Below, piece after piece: positions 48,547 to 58,794 of a stretch of 64,000 nucleotides of DNA; the first letter of the stretch is position 1, and each line of letters opens with the position of its first letter. Source of the DNA: Geopsychrobacteraceae bacterium (GTDB lineage Bacteria; Desulfobacterota; Desulfuromonadia; Desulfuromonadales; Geopsychrobacteraceae). The stretch is from the NCBI GenBank assembly GCA_963662315.1, contig OY759353.1, positions 864,001 through 928,000 on the forward strand. Direction: 5' to 3'. The translations under genes were made by a program, and so were the position numbers. The notes under the pieces were generated by a model that was given only the letters and a program-made list of their open reading frames with translations, searched no databases and was not told the DNA's origin.

Positions 48547-48653
48547 ATCTTTAAACAAACAAAGAAAAAGCTGGAGTCCCACGCCCAAATGGGATATATT
48601 GCGTATCTTTTGTCTGAATTTCAGGCATTTAACACATTTAAAACGAGAGTCAC

Positions 48654-50423
48654 ATGGTTGAAGAAAACAGTTTATCCTTTGCAGATCTTGATCTTGCCCC
48701 GGCAATTATTAAAGCACTGAAGGAAGTTGGTTACGAAACACCAACCCCGATCCAGGCACAAAGCATTCCTCTTCTCCTGGAAGGAAAAGATTTATTAGGG
48801 CAAGCACAGACCGGTACAGGAAAAACTGCCGCGTTCTCCCTGCCGCTACTCAGCCGTTTAAAACCGCGCATGAATAAACCCCAGGTGCTGGTCATGACGC
48901 CAACGCGCGAACTCGCGTTACAGGTCTCTGAATCAATTCAGATCTATGCGCGCCACATCAAGGATTTCCACGTTCTCCCCCTTTACGGAGGCCAGAACAT
49001 GGGACAACAGTTGCGTCAGCTGCAGCGCGGCGTTCAAATTGTTGTAGGTACCCCGGGTCGCATCAAAGACCACCTGAATAGAAAAACCCTAAAACTCGAT
49101 GAACTGTCAGCCGTTGTTATTGACGAAGCTGATGAAATGCTCAAAATGGGGTTCATTGACGATGTGCAGGAGATCTTGTCCGCAGCACCGGAAAATCGTC
49201 AAACTGCGTTGTTTTCGGCGACCATGCCTAAAGAAATTCTGAAAATCGCTCATACATACCTGCGCGCACCAATCGAGATCAGAATTAAAAGCAAAACATC
49301 CACGGTTGAAAAAATCTCTCAGCATTACTGGCAGGTAAAGGGTCTGCACAAGCTTGATGCCCTGACCCGAATTCTTGAAGCTGAAGATACCGATGGCATG
49401 ATCATATTTGTGCGCACCAAACTTGCGACGGTTGAGCTGGCTGAAAAGCTTGAAGCACGTGGTTTTTCAAGTTCCGCCTTAAATGGTGATATGACCCAGA
49501 TGTTACGGGAAAAAACCATTGAGCGCCTCAAAGACGGATCGCTCGATATTGTTGTCGCTACAGATGTCGCTGCCCGCGGTCTCGATGTTACCCGTATCAG
49601 CCACGTCATCAACTATGATATCCCCCACGATGTTGAATCCTATATCCATCGTATCGGTCGTACCGGTCGTGCCGGACGTGAAGGGAAAGCTATTCTGTTT
49701 GTCGCCCCGCGTGAAAAGAGAATGTTGTCCATCATTGAAAGAGCCACCAAACAACCGATCAAACCGATGGCGCTGCCAAGCAGGAAAGATATTACCAATA
49801 AACGGATCGATGCATTTAAAGAACAAATTGCATTAACCCTTGAGTCCGAAGAACTGGAGTTTTTTGAAGAGCTTATCGATGACTTCCAGTCCGAATATGA
49901 AGTAGGACATCGCCGGACTGCTGCGGCTCTTGCTTATCTGCTGCAAAAGGAACGCCCACTGCAGCTTGATGATCTACAGGAAGAGGTTATTGAAACACCC
50001 AGGGGTTCTGACAAACATTCTGGCAGCCGTAAGCCCAGTGCCGATACGGCAATGCAGACCTACCGCATTGAAGTGGGCAAGGTCCATGGCGTACAACCGG
50101 GAAATATTGTCGGGGCATTGAGCAACGAAGGGAAAATCGACAGTCGCTCCATTGGCCGAATCGGCATCTGTGATGATTTCAGCCTGATTGACCTGCCTCA
50201 GGGGCTGGATCAGGAAACCCTGCACAAACTTAAGAAAATCTGGGTTTGTGATGAACAATTACAACTGAGCCCTTACGGGGGAGATGCCGACAAGCAAAGG
50301 ACATCCAGGCCGCCTCGCAAACCGAAAGGGACTAAAGGAGATGCTCGTTCAAAGTCTCCTTATGACCGAAAGCCTCAGGCCGGAAAACGCAGCCCACGTA
50401 ATAAGCGTGGCAAAAACGCATAA
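48654..50423 (+). CDS. deaD: DEAD-box RNA helicase (DeaD/CsdA) with DbpA-type RNA-binding domain
   Basis: AQTGTGKT, PTRELA, DEAD, SAT, HRIGRTGRAG, C-terminal GNIVGA. Confidence 0.93.
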   Translation: MVEENSLSFADLDLAPAIIKALKEVGYETPTPIQAQSIPLLLEGKDLLGQAQTGTGKTAAFSLPLLSRLKPRMNKPQVLVMTPTRELALQVSESIQIYARHIKDFHVLPLYGGQNMGQQLRQLQRGVQIVVGTPGRIKDHLNRKTLKLDELSAVVIDEADEMLKMGFIDDVQEILSAAPENRQTALFSATMPKEILKIAHTYLRAPIEIRIKSKTSTVEKISQHYWQVKGLHKLDALTRILEAEDTDGMIIFVRTKLATVELAEKLEARGFSSSALNGDMTQMLREKTIERLKDGSLDIVVATDVAARGLDVTRISHVINYDIPHDVESYIHRIGRTGRAGREGKAILFVAPREKRMLSIIERATKQPIKPMALPSRKDITNKRIDAFKEQIALTLESEELEFFEELIDDFQSEYEVGHRRTAAALAYLLQKERPLQLDDLQEEVIETPRGSDKHSGSRKPSADTAMQTYRIEVGKVHGVQPGNIVGALSNEGKIDSRSIGRIGICDDFSLIDLPQGLDQETLHKLKKIWVCDEQLQLSPYGGDADKQRTSRPPRKPKGTKGDARSKSPYDRKPQAGKRSPRNKRGKNA

Positions 50424-50460
50424 TCAGAATTCATCTCTTCCCGCGCTGATAGTCAAACCA

Positions 50461-51579
50461 TCAGCGCGGGAACTCCAGTCGTTCTCCCAGACCATGCTTT
50501 GAAAACACAATCTGCCACAACTGATTTTCACGAACACGGAAAGAACCGGCACTTGCAAGCAGATAATATTCCCACATCCGTCTGAATTTTTCGCCGTATG
50601 AGCCTTTTAAATCGTTCCAGCTTCCCTGAAAATTGTCATACCAGGCCATCAGGGTTTTATCATAGTCCGGGCCAAAGCTATGCCAATCCTCCAGAACCAT
50701 TAACCCTTCAAAAGATTTACTGATCTGTTGCGACGATGGCATCATGCCATTGGGGAAAATATAGCGGTTAATCCAGGGATCCGTACGCTGTGATGGTGTA
50801 TTGCCACCAATGGTATGCAACAGAAAAAGACCATCATCTTTCAACAGCTGAGAAACCTTTTTGAAATAGGTCCGGTAATTTTTATAACCGACATGCTCAA
50901 ACATACCAATACTGACAATGCGATCAAATTCTCCGGTTAAAGTACGATAGTCCTGCACCCGGATATCAATCGGATAACCGCGACAGTTCTCTTTAGCCAG
51001 CTCAGCCTGAGCTGTGGAGATGGTAATGCCAACCACCTCAACACCGTAGCGCTCAACCATAAATCTAGCTGTCCCTCCCCAACCACAGCCGATATCGAGA
51101 ACCTTAAGCCCCGGTTCGAGATGCAGTTTACGACAGGTCAGATCCAACTTGTGTTCCTGAGCCTCATCAAGATTATCTGTATGAGCCCAATAGGCGCAAC
51201 TGTAAATCATCCGCTCATCCAGCATGCGTTGATAGAGATCATTGCCGACATTGTAATGCTTTTCACCGACTTGCCAGGCGCGATGCAATGACTGACAATT
51301 CAAGAGCTTAGCTTTCAAGGCATCCAGATAAACAATCAATGATTTGAATTTTTCATTCAGCCGAGCTTTTAGCAGCTTTGAAATCAACTGGTCTATGGCT
51401 TCAGCATCCCACCAGCCTTCCATGTAAGCTTCCCCAAAACCAAGACTGCCCTGAGCCATGACACGCCGGAACAAGCGGTCATTTTTTACGTGAATATCCC
51501 AAGGACGATGACCATTGACTAATATATCAGCCTGATCAAGCATACTCTGAACACGGTAACGTAAACGGTCCTCTCCCAT
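50461..51579 (-). CDS. cfa: Cyclopropane-fatty-acyl-phospholipid synthase
   Basis: GEAYMEGWW, HYNVGN, LDIGCGWG, SIGMFEHVG, YIFP; start at MGEDRL. Confidence 0.95.
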   Translation of the reverse strand: MGEDRLRYRVQSMLDQADILVNGHRPWDIHVKNDRLFRRVMAQGSLGFGEAYMEGWWDAEAIDQLISKLLKARLNEKFKSLIVYLDALKAKLLNCQSLHRAWQVGEKHYNVGNDLYQRMLDERMIYSCAYWAHTDNLDEAQEHKLDLTCRKLHLEPGLKVLDIGCGWGGTARFMVERYGVEVVGITISTAQAELAKENCRGYPIDIRVQDYRTLTGEFDRIVSIGMFEHVGYKNYRTYFKKVSQLLKDDGLFLLHTIGGNTPSQRTDPWINRYIFPNGMMPSSQQISKSFEGLMVLEDWHSFGPDYDKTLMAWYDNFQGSWNDLKGSYGEKFRRMWEYYLLASAGSFRVRENQLWQIVFSKHGLGERLEFPR

Positions 51580-52094
51580 ACCATTCCCCTGAGCTGGTGA
51601 TATTAAATGTGCATGTACTCTTAACGAAATTAACCAGAACGTCAGACAGCACCGGAGGGGTCCATGCAGGTGGTTAACATGGCTAAAACAACCTGCAGAC
51701 AATCAATCGATAAGATTCAATTGATAGCAGAATTACGCATGTTTAGCAGATACTGTTAGCAGTTAAACCACTCACCGATCCAGTTATTAAAAAGCTCTCT
51801 CCTTCAACACATACATGCATACAGGTAAAAAATGATCAAATTTTAAAATTAATCCTATATTACAAAGGCTTACCAAACTTTAATAAGTTGTCAAGCAGGT
51901 CGGAGAAGACACAGACACACGCGAAGCGAGAATAATTGACTTAAGCAGTATTATGATTGACCTATACCTCAGTAACCGACCAGAATCGATAGAGATACCA
52001 AATGGAAGTCATATTGAAGCATCCCAAAGCACAGAATAATTATTTTTTGTTAAGACAAAGCCCTGCCCTTTACTACCGGACAGGGCAAGGAACC

Positions 52095-53159
52095 TCAGGA
52101 AGGAATAAAAGAAGAATTTTTATCAATAGCGCGGATAACTTCTGTTATCAGCTGAATTGTATATTCAAGATCGCTCAATGCCAGGGTTTCTACTGGTGTA
52201 TGCATGTAACGCAAGGGAATGGTCACCAACCCGGTCGCAACCCCGTCACGTGACAACTGCATCACATTAGCGTCATTTCCTGCGCCGCGAGGAACACCAA
52301 TAACCTGGTAGGGAATATCATGCTTTTTAGCCGTTGCTACAATCAGCTCAAAAAGCACCGGGTTGATATTAGCGCCACGGGGAATAACCGGCCCCTTACC
52401 CAGATCAACCCGTCCGATGTTGGACGGATCAACATCAGGGTAATCGGTAGCATGTGTGACTTCGACAACAATACCAACATCAGGATTGACACCATAGCTG
52501 CTGGTTGTTGCACCGCGCAGTCCGATCTCTTCCTGGACAGTTGAGACACTATATAGATCCGCAGCAATTTTGCCGCCGCGCTGAATTTCTTTCATCACCT
52601 CCGTGACAACAAACGCTCCGGCCTTATCGTCAAATGCGCGCGATGTCATCCGATCACCCTGCAGTGCCTGGACCCCGATTGATAAAGTGACCGGGTCGCC
52701 GATATCAATCAGCCTCTCGGCTTCTTCACGACTGCTGACCCCAATATCGATGAACTGCTTGTCCAGCTTGATGACTGAATCACGATCCTTGGGTTCAATA
52801 AGATGAATAGCTTTCTTGCCGACAATACCTGGGACAACGCCATCTTTAGCATGTATAGAAATTCTCTGACCTGGGGAAAGGTGAGGATCGACGCCTCCGA
52901 TAGAACCAAAATAAATGAACCCGCGATCATCTATGTAGCGAACCATGAAACCGATCTCGTCACAATGTCCAGCCAGCATAACCCGCGGACCACCAGTTCC
53001 GGCAATGGAAGCGATCAGGTTGCCCATGACATCGGTACGCAGGTTATCGGCTATGGACTCTAACTGCCGACGAATAACTCTTTGAGCTGGCTGTTCATAA
53101 CCAGACGGACTCGCTGTTTCAACCAGCGTCTTGAGAAATTCATATTTATCAGCATCCAT
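52095..53159 (-). CDS. M42 family metallopeptidase
   Basis: SPSGYE, GHCDEIG, FDDKAG, VQEEIGLRGA, RYMHT. Confidence 0.93.
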   Translation of the reverse strand: MDADKYEFLKTLVETASPSGYEQPAQRVIRRQLESIADNLRTDVMGNLIASIAGTGGPRVMLAGHCDEIGFMVRYIDDRGFIYFGSIGGVDPHLSPGQRISIHAKDGVVPGIVGKKAIHLIEPKDRDSVIKLDKQFIDIGVSSREEAERLIDIGDPVTLSIGVQALQGDRMTSRAFDDKAGAFVVTEVMKEIQRGGKIAADLYSVSTVQEEIGLRGATTSSYGVNPDVGIVVEVTHATDYPDVDPSNIGRVDLGKGPVIPRGANINPVLFELIVATAKKHDIPYQVIGVPRGAGNDANVMQLSRDGVATGLVTIPLRYMHTPVETLALSDLEYTIQLITEVIRAIDKNSSFIPS

Positions 53160-53161
53160 AC

Positions 53162-53815
53162 TCAGCGTCCTTTGGCCCGGGTAACCAGCTCAAGTGAATT
53201 CTTCCGAGCCTGCTGATATTGCTCTTCCGTCATACCGGCCCCCAGGGCAATCTGCCTGGCCATATCTTCAGAGACCAGATCTCCAGGAGCATGAGCATCG
53301 TTATTAATAACCAATTTAGCCCCATATTCAATAGCCAGTTTGGCAACGTGACCATTAGTCAGAGAGTGCCCCTTACGCGTGGTAATTTCGAGACACACCC
53401 CCATTGCGACAGCAAGCTGCACTTCTTCGGCTGTAATCAAACCGGGGTGGGCGAGAATATCAACTCCGGCTTCAATTGCGGCACGATTCGTCCCAGGAAT
53501 AACCGGTTCGACAATGGTTTCGCCGTGAACCACGACGAGTTCAGCACCGTTATCACGCGCCAGCTGCGCCACGGCGGCAATGTTTTTGGGCGGAACATGA
53601 GTCAATTCGACCCCGGCCAGGACATCCATCCCGTTAGCTTCACCAAGCTCATCAACAACACCAACGATACTGGACAGCAAAAATGCCGTGTTGGTACGAT
53701 CGGCATGGTCAGTAATCGCCAGAGCCTTATAACCGGCGTGTGCTGCGCGACGGACCAGTTCGGCAGGAACCAGTTCACCATCACTGAAAAAAGTATGAGT
53801 ATGCAAGTCGATCAT
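53162..53815 (-). CDS. PHP domain hydrolase
   Basis: DLHTHT, ITDH, GVELTH, AHPG, DAH. Confidence 0.9.
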   Translation of the reverse strand: MIDLHTHTFFSDGELVPAELVRRAAHAGYKALAITDHADRTNTAFLLSSIVGVVDELGEANGMDVLAGVELTHVPPKNIAAVAQLARDNGAELVVVHGETIVEPVIPGTNRAAIEAGVDILAHPGLITAEEVQLAVAMGVCLEITTRKGHSLTNGHVAKLAIEYGAKLVINNDAHAPGDLVSEDMARQIALGAGMTEEQYQQARKNSLELVTRAKGR

Positions 53816-53819
53816 TTAA

Positions 53820-55154
53820 TTAATCTCCATCAGTCTGAACCAGTTCACCCAGGTGGGAGTTCCTGAATGAGTTGACAATTTTCACCGGAACAATTTGTCC
53901 TACCAACTCAGCAGAACCAGAAAAATTAACAATCCGGTTCCAGGTGGTACGACCAAACAACTGCCCTTCCCCCTGTTTGCTTTCTCCCTCAACCAGAACG
54001 TCCTGAATCTGACCAACATCAGTCTGCCAGATTTCCGCACTGATCTGTTGCTGCAACGCAACAAGGCGCTCAAAGCGTTCCTGGATCTGCGCTGCACTGG
54101 AAGTACTCGCCATACTCGCAGCAGCAGTTTCGACCCTTGGAGAATAGAGGAAGGTATATGCATCAGCATAGCGAACCGCTCTGACCATATCAAGAGTTGC
54201 AAGGAAATCCTCCTCACACTCGCGAGGAAAGCCGACAATAATGTCGCTGGTAAAGCGAATATCAGGACAAGCCTGCTTCAGTCTGGTCACCTTATCGAGA
54301 TAATCAGCAGCGGTGTAATGTCGGTTCATAAGTTCAAGAATAGAATCAGATCCACACTGCACCGGCAGATGCATATGCTTGCACAGCTTGTTGAGAGTTG
54401 CGAAACAGCTGATCAGCTCTTCGGTCAGATCCTTGGGATGAGATGTCGCAAACCGCAAGCGTTCCAACCCTTCTATATCATTAACTTTTCGCAGCAGATC
54501 AGCAAAAGACACTTCGGCAGGGTCGTTAATGCCGTAGGAATTGACGTTTTGGCCAAGCAGTGTAACCTCTTTAACCCCCTGCGCGACCAGTGATTTGATT
54601 TCATCAATGATTTCACCACTGGGACGACTAATTTCCCGTCCGCGCACATGAGGAACAATGCAATAAGAACAGAAATTGTCACACCCCTGCATAATGGTCA
54701 CAAAGCGGGTAACCCCTTCTTTGTGGGAACGTTCGGGAAACAGATTCAGACGTGTTTCGCGATCATGGAAGTTGGTTTCGCTGCCACGCTTTCGACTATT
54801 TTCAACCTGTTGTACCAATTCGGGTAATTTATGGATATTATGGGTCCCGAACACAATATCAAGGTACGGAACCTTTTCCAGCATGCGCTCACCTTCCTGC
54901 TGAGCAACACACCCGCCAACGGCGATAATCAGATCAGGCCGCTGGTCCTTAATGGGTTTAAAACGACCCAGGTGACCATAAACCTTACGTTCAGCCTTAT
55001 CGCGCACGGAACAGGTATTAAGTAAAACCAGATCGGCCTCATCAGCAGACTCAACTTGAATATAGCCAAGGCCATTAAGCAGATCAACAATCTGCTCAGA
55101 ATCGACAACGTTCATCTGGCAACCAAAAGTTTCAAGATAAAAAGCTCTATTCAT
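53820..55154 (-). CDS. miaB: tRNA i6A37 methylthiotransferase MiaB
   Basis: TFGCQMN, NTCSVR, GCDNFCSYCIVP, LGQNVNSY, TSHP, TRAM domain. Confidence 0.96.
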   Translation of the reverse strand: MNRAFYLETFGCQMNVVDSEQIVDLLNGLGYIQVESADEADLVLLNTCSVRDKAERKVYGHLGRFKPIKDQRPDLIIAVGGCVAQQEGERMLEKVPYLDIVFGTHNIHKLPELVQQVENSRKRGSETNFHDRETRLNLFPERSHKEGVTRFVTIMQGCDNFCSYCIVPHVRGREISRPSGEIIDEIKSLVAQGVKEVTLLGQNVNSYGINDPAEVSFADLLRKVNDIEGLERLRFATSHPKDLTEELISCFATLNKLCKHMHLPVQCGSDSILELMNRHYTAADYLDKVTRLKQACPDIRFTSDIIVGFPRECEEDFLATLDMVRAVRYADAYTFLYSPRVETAAASMASTSSAAQIQERFERLVALQQQISAEIWQTDVGQIQDVLVEGESKQGEGQLFGRTTWNRIVNFSGSAELVGQIVPVKIVNSFRNSHLGELVQTDGD

Positions 55155-55232
55155 CAATTTTCCGTTTTTTTAGGAATAATATTCAAGGATAACAAGTTGG
55201 AGGCGCATAATAACGACACGGCAACAGTCAAG

Positions 55233-55754
55233 TCAAACAGATTCCCGAGTAGCCAGGTCATCAATAACGGGAAGACAGGCAATAAAATTTTCAGGATGTT
55301 CCAGGCATTCTAACACAACGAAAGGTTTATCTGAAAATTTGAGCCGAAAACTGATCTGCATTTTACCATAGCGGCGCTGCTGAACCCCTTGCAATTCAAG
55401 CAACGGATAACTCTGTATCCGGGTAGACAGAAGACCACTGCGGACCAACAGCCGCTGATTGGAAACAGCATAAAAAATATGCTCCCAGCGCAAGCGTGCA
55501 GCCAGAATATATCCGGGACCGATGCAGAATGAGACGAGAATCAGCAGCGCAGGGACGGCAAGCAACCACAGGCTGTAATGCTGGGCAATAACCAGATGGT
55601 ACCCGACCATCAACCAGAAACTACTGGCTAAAAAAATTAAAGTCCCCACTAAAGCCTGTAACCAATGGCGAAAAACATAACACCTGGGAGCTGGCCTCCC
55701 CTGCCATAAAAGATTTTCACCTTGCTGCAGCGACCACTCGAGAACCTTTCTCAT
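55233..55754 (-). CDS. Membrane protein with bacterial PH-like domain
   Basis: GENLLWQGRP, two TM helices, YAVSNQR; ATGA overlap with the upstream gene. Confidence 0.7.
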   Translation of the reverse strand: MRKVLEWSLQQGENLLWQGRPAPRCYVFRHWLQALVGTLIFLASSFWLMVGYHLVIAQHYSLWLLAVPALLILVSFCIGPGYILAARLRWEHIFYAVSNQRLLVRSGLLSTRIQSYPLLELQGVQQRRYGKMQISFRLKFSDKPFVVLECLEHPENFIACLPVIDDLATRESV

Positions 55755-57046
55755 TGGGGCAACTCACGCAGCCTTGCTGCAGCCGCCTGCCCCAATGGTC
55801 CGGAACTGTCAGCCTGGTAAACGGTTTCATAAAGTCGGCGGGCTTTGACATTATCCTTGCGGCCAGCTTCCGAATCAGCAAGCAACAAGGTTCCTTGCAA
55901 AGTAGGCAACAACGCTAAAGAAGCTTCCAGTTCAGTTGCAGCGTCGTTAAAATTTTTCCCTTGCAGATAAATATAACCAAGCCCCAGATGAGACTGATAG
56001 AAATTTTTGTCAACCTGTAAGGCCTTCAAAAAATAACGCCTTGCGGGAATAATATCTTCGTTTCGTAAATAGGCCATACCCAGTGCGGACAGCAACAAAC
56101 TTTGGTCCGGTGCAAGCTGTACAGCTTTATGATAAGTCTTAATCGCTGTATCATATTGTTTTTCGGACTCATACTGCCGAGCCTGATCGAAAAGGGCGTA
56201 AGCCTCGCGGGTTGCATGAAGTGAAGTCATATGTCGGGCGTAGTTGGCCGCAGCCAGGCCTTCAGAGCTTGAATATCCTGCATATTCGTTAGCAATAATA
56301 CGTTGATTCTCAGCAAGGCGTGCGGCTGATACAGGGTGGGTTCGAAGCAGACCGCTCACCCAGTTATTATCCTGTCCGGCGTCCAATTTGTTGACAAACA
56401 TCTGCTGCAACTGGACGGCGCCGTTAAGAGCATAATGCCCCCTGGCCATATATTCGATACCAAGGCGATCAGCTTCATATTCCTGTTCGCGGCTATAGCG
56501 TTTGCTGACCAGGTTCGCGGTCAGATTTGCAGCCTGAGCCAGCAGTGGACCATAATCCGTCTTTCCGGCCAGGGTCCCTAACATTGACACCGTTGTTCCC
56601 ATGATCGCAGACCGTTGCATTTCCTGAACACTGTGACGGGCCGTGACATGACCGATTTCATGCCCTAGAACGGCTGCCAGCTGTGCTTCATTGTCAATAT
56701 TGATCAAAAGACCACGGGTAATCGCAATAAACCCTCCGGGCAAAGCGAAAGCATTAGGGGTTGAGTCATTAACGACTTTAAATTCATATTTCAGATTGGG
56801 TCGATGACTGTGTCTGGCAAGGCGCTGCCCGACATCATCAATGTACTGGTTCAAATCACGATCAGTGTAAATACCACCCATCTGTTGCAATGCTTGCTGG
56901 TAAGATGATTTACCTAGGGAGACTTCCTCCTGTTCACTGATATTCATTACCGCAAGCTCATTACGTCCGGTAACCGGATTCACTGCGCAACCACTTAAAC
57001 AAACACAAATCAACAATAATAATAGAATAGGTAATTTACGTATCAC
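55751..57046 (-). CDS. M48 family metalloprotease lipoprotein with TPR repeats (BepA-like)
   Basis: Lipobox LSGC, NAFALPGG, HEIGH, EYEAD, THP; C-terminal TPRs. Confidence 0.92.
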   Translation of the reverse strand: MIRKLPILLLLLICVCLSGCAVNPVTGRNELAVMNISEQEEVSLGKSSYQQALQQMGGIYTDRDLNQYIDDVGQRLARHSHRPNLKYEFKVVNDSTPNAFALPGGFIAITRGLLINIDNEAQLAAVLGHEIGHVTARHSVQEMQRSAIMGTTVSMLGTLAGKTDYGPLLAQAANLTANLVSKRYSREQEYEADRLGIEYMARGHYALNGAVQLQQMFVNKLDAGQDNNWVSGLLRTHPVSAARLAENQRIIANEYAGYSSSEGLAAANYARHMTSLHATREAYALFDQARQYESEKQYDTAIKTYHKAVQLAPDQSLLLSALGMAYLRNEDIIPARRYFLKALQVDKNFYQSHLGLGYIYLQGKNFNDAATELEASLALLPTLQGTLLLADSEAGRKDNVKARRLYETVYQADSSGPLGQAAAARLRELPQ

Positions 57047-57189
57047 GACATATCCCCGTCAAAGCAACGAATTGCCAATAGAAAGCGAAATTTCTTTGAA
57101 AGTTATTGCATGGAGTTTTAGCACCAACTATAAAGGAACCAGCTCTTTTACAACAATCGATTCTTATCCCAAATACTTATGGAGTACCA

Positions 57190-57741
57190 ATGTTAACGGA
57201 AAACGATGGCAAGACCCTGATTGCCATAGCAAGAGAAGCAATTCAACATTGTGTAAAGAACCAACCATACCATTGTCAGCCGCGTGAAGAAAAGGCACTT
57301 AACAAAAGATCCGGCTGCTTTGTCACAATCAAAAAAAACGGACAGCTGCGCGGCTGCATCGGAAATTTTCAGGGACGTGAACCGCTTTTTAAAGATGTTG
57401 TGAGCATGGCGGTTGCATCGGCAACCCAAGATCCACGCTTTTCCCCCATGTCCTGTGACGAATTGGACCATTTCAATCTTGAAATAACCGTACTGTCCCC
57501 CCTGAAAAAGATTGAATATATCTCGGTCATTGAAATCGGCGAGCATGGCATTTACATTGAGAAGAATTTCCATCGTGGTGTTCTCCTGCCACAAGTTGCG
57601 ACAGACCATGGCTGGGACCGCGAAACGTTTCTCAATCAGACCTGCGCCAAAGCGGGACTCCCAACGGATGCATGGCGCAGCCCTGATGCAGATATCTACA
57701 TTTTTACTGGCCAGATCATTAGCGAAGAGCCCAATAATTAA
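57190..57741 (+). CDS. AMMECR1 domain protein (AmmeMemoRadiSam protein A)
   Basis: GCFVT, LRGCIG, DPRF, GVLLPQVA, KAGL; start at MLTEND with GGAG RBS. Confidence 0.92.
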   Translation: MLTENDGKTLIAIAREAIQHCVKNQPYHCQPREEKALNKRSGCFVTIKKNGQLRGCIGNFQGREPLFKDVVSMAVASATQDPRFSPMSCDELDHFNLEITVLSPLKKIEYISVIEIGEHGIYIEKNFHRGVLLPQVATDHGWDRETFLNQTCAKAGLPTDAWRSPDADIYIFTGQIISEEPNN

Positions 57742-57758
57742 GGAAGAAATCCTCACTT

Positions 57759-58499
57759 ATGAGTCACATATCAATAGAACTTGTCCCCCGATCCGAAAAA
57801 GCTCTGCAAGAGGAGTTACAACAAGTCAAAGACAACTTTCCCCAGGTGGAAATGATTAATATTCCCGACATTTTGCGCTTCAGCATAAGAAGCTGGGAAG
57901 GTTGCCACATAGCGAGTAATCTTTTTAATAAGACCATTCCCCATTTGCGTGCTATCGATTTTGATCCCAATGCACCATTACCGATTATCGATCATTTACA
58001 TCATAAGTCTATTGAGGCCGTCCTGGTGATAAGCGGGGACCCACCACAAGATATGAGCCATAAATGCTACCGGACCAACAGCCTGGAAATGATTCGACGG
58101 CTCAAACGCGAACTGCCCGGAGTAAAGCTCTATGCCGGTCTTGATCAGTATCGCAGCAGCATAAAAGAAGAAATCGATTATGTAAAAGCCAAGCGTGACG
58201 CTGGCGCTGATGCCTTTTTTACCCAACCTTTTTTTGATATTCGCCTGATGGACATTTACCAGGGGCTATTGCCTGATGTGAATATTTTCTGGGGGGTTTC
58301 TCCGGTTTTAACTGAAAACAGTCAAAACTATTGGGAAAACAAAAACAACGCCGTATTTCCGCCAGACTTTGAACCAACGATGAAATGGAACCGGATTTTT
58401 GCCCGGCAAGCTGTTGAATTTGCCAGAGAGCACAATAACAATATTTATTTCATGCCAATCAGAACCGATCTTAGGGAATACCTTGGGGGAATTCTTTAA
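57759..58499 (+). CDS. Methylenetetrahydrofolate reductase family protein (short form)
   Basis: SIELVP, NIPD, IPHLRA, VISGDPP, K..AGADAFFTQPFFD. Confidence 0.85.
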   Translation: MSHISIELVPRSEKALQEELQQVKDNFPQVEMINIPDILRFSIRSWEGCHIASNLFNKTIPHLRAIDFDPNAPLPIIDHLHHKSIEAVLVISGDPPQDMSHKCYRTNSLEMIRRLKRELPGVKLYAGLDQYRSSIKEEIDYVKAKRDAGADAFFTQPFFDIRLMDIYQGLLPDVNIFWGVSPVLTENSQNYWENKNNAVFPPDFEPTMKWNRIFARQAVEFAREHNNNIYFMPIRTDLREYLGGIL

Positions 58500-58571
58500 G
58501 ATCGGATGTCAGACTTCATTCTTTTCAAAACCCGCAGCTTCAGGATAGGCCGGGCTGTGAGATTGAGATAC

Positions 58572-58617
58572 GATTAACAAAAAAGCCCCTCACAAATGAG
58601 GGGCTTTTTTGTTAATC
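58572..58617. terminator. Bidirectional terminator between metF-like gene and rubredoxin
   Basis: Perfect 21-bp inverted repeat GATTAACAAAAAAGCCCCTCA / TGAGGGGCTTTTTTGTTAATC. Confidence 0.92.
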
Positions 58618-58770
58618 AAGGGGATCAAACTTATCACGATCCGCATAGCACAAGGGACAAACCCAGCTATCGGGGAGGTCATTAAACGCCACCCCTGGCT
58701 CGACCTGATTCATTTCATCCCCTTTGTCCGGATCATAAACATAACCACAGCAGGTACAGATGTAACGCAT
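58612..58770 (-). CDS. Rubredoxin (52 aa; below the ORF-track cutoff)
   Basis: Hand translation MRYICTCCGYVYDPDKGDEMNQVEPGVAFNDLPDSWVCPLCYADRDKFDPLD; AGGAGG RBS. Confidence 0.93.
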   Translation of the reverse strand: MRYICTCCGYVYDPDKGDEMNQVEPGVAFNDLPDSWVCPLCYADRDKFDPLD

Positions 58771-58794
58771 AAGACCTCCTCTATTCACACCACT

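Noticed and set aside
51580..52094. Long cfa-M42 intergenic region as an sRNA or small gene
   Set aside because: AT-rich promoter-like DNA plus a weak hairpin near 52061-52090; no recognisable motif.
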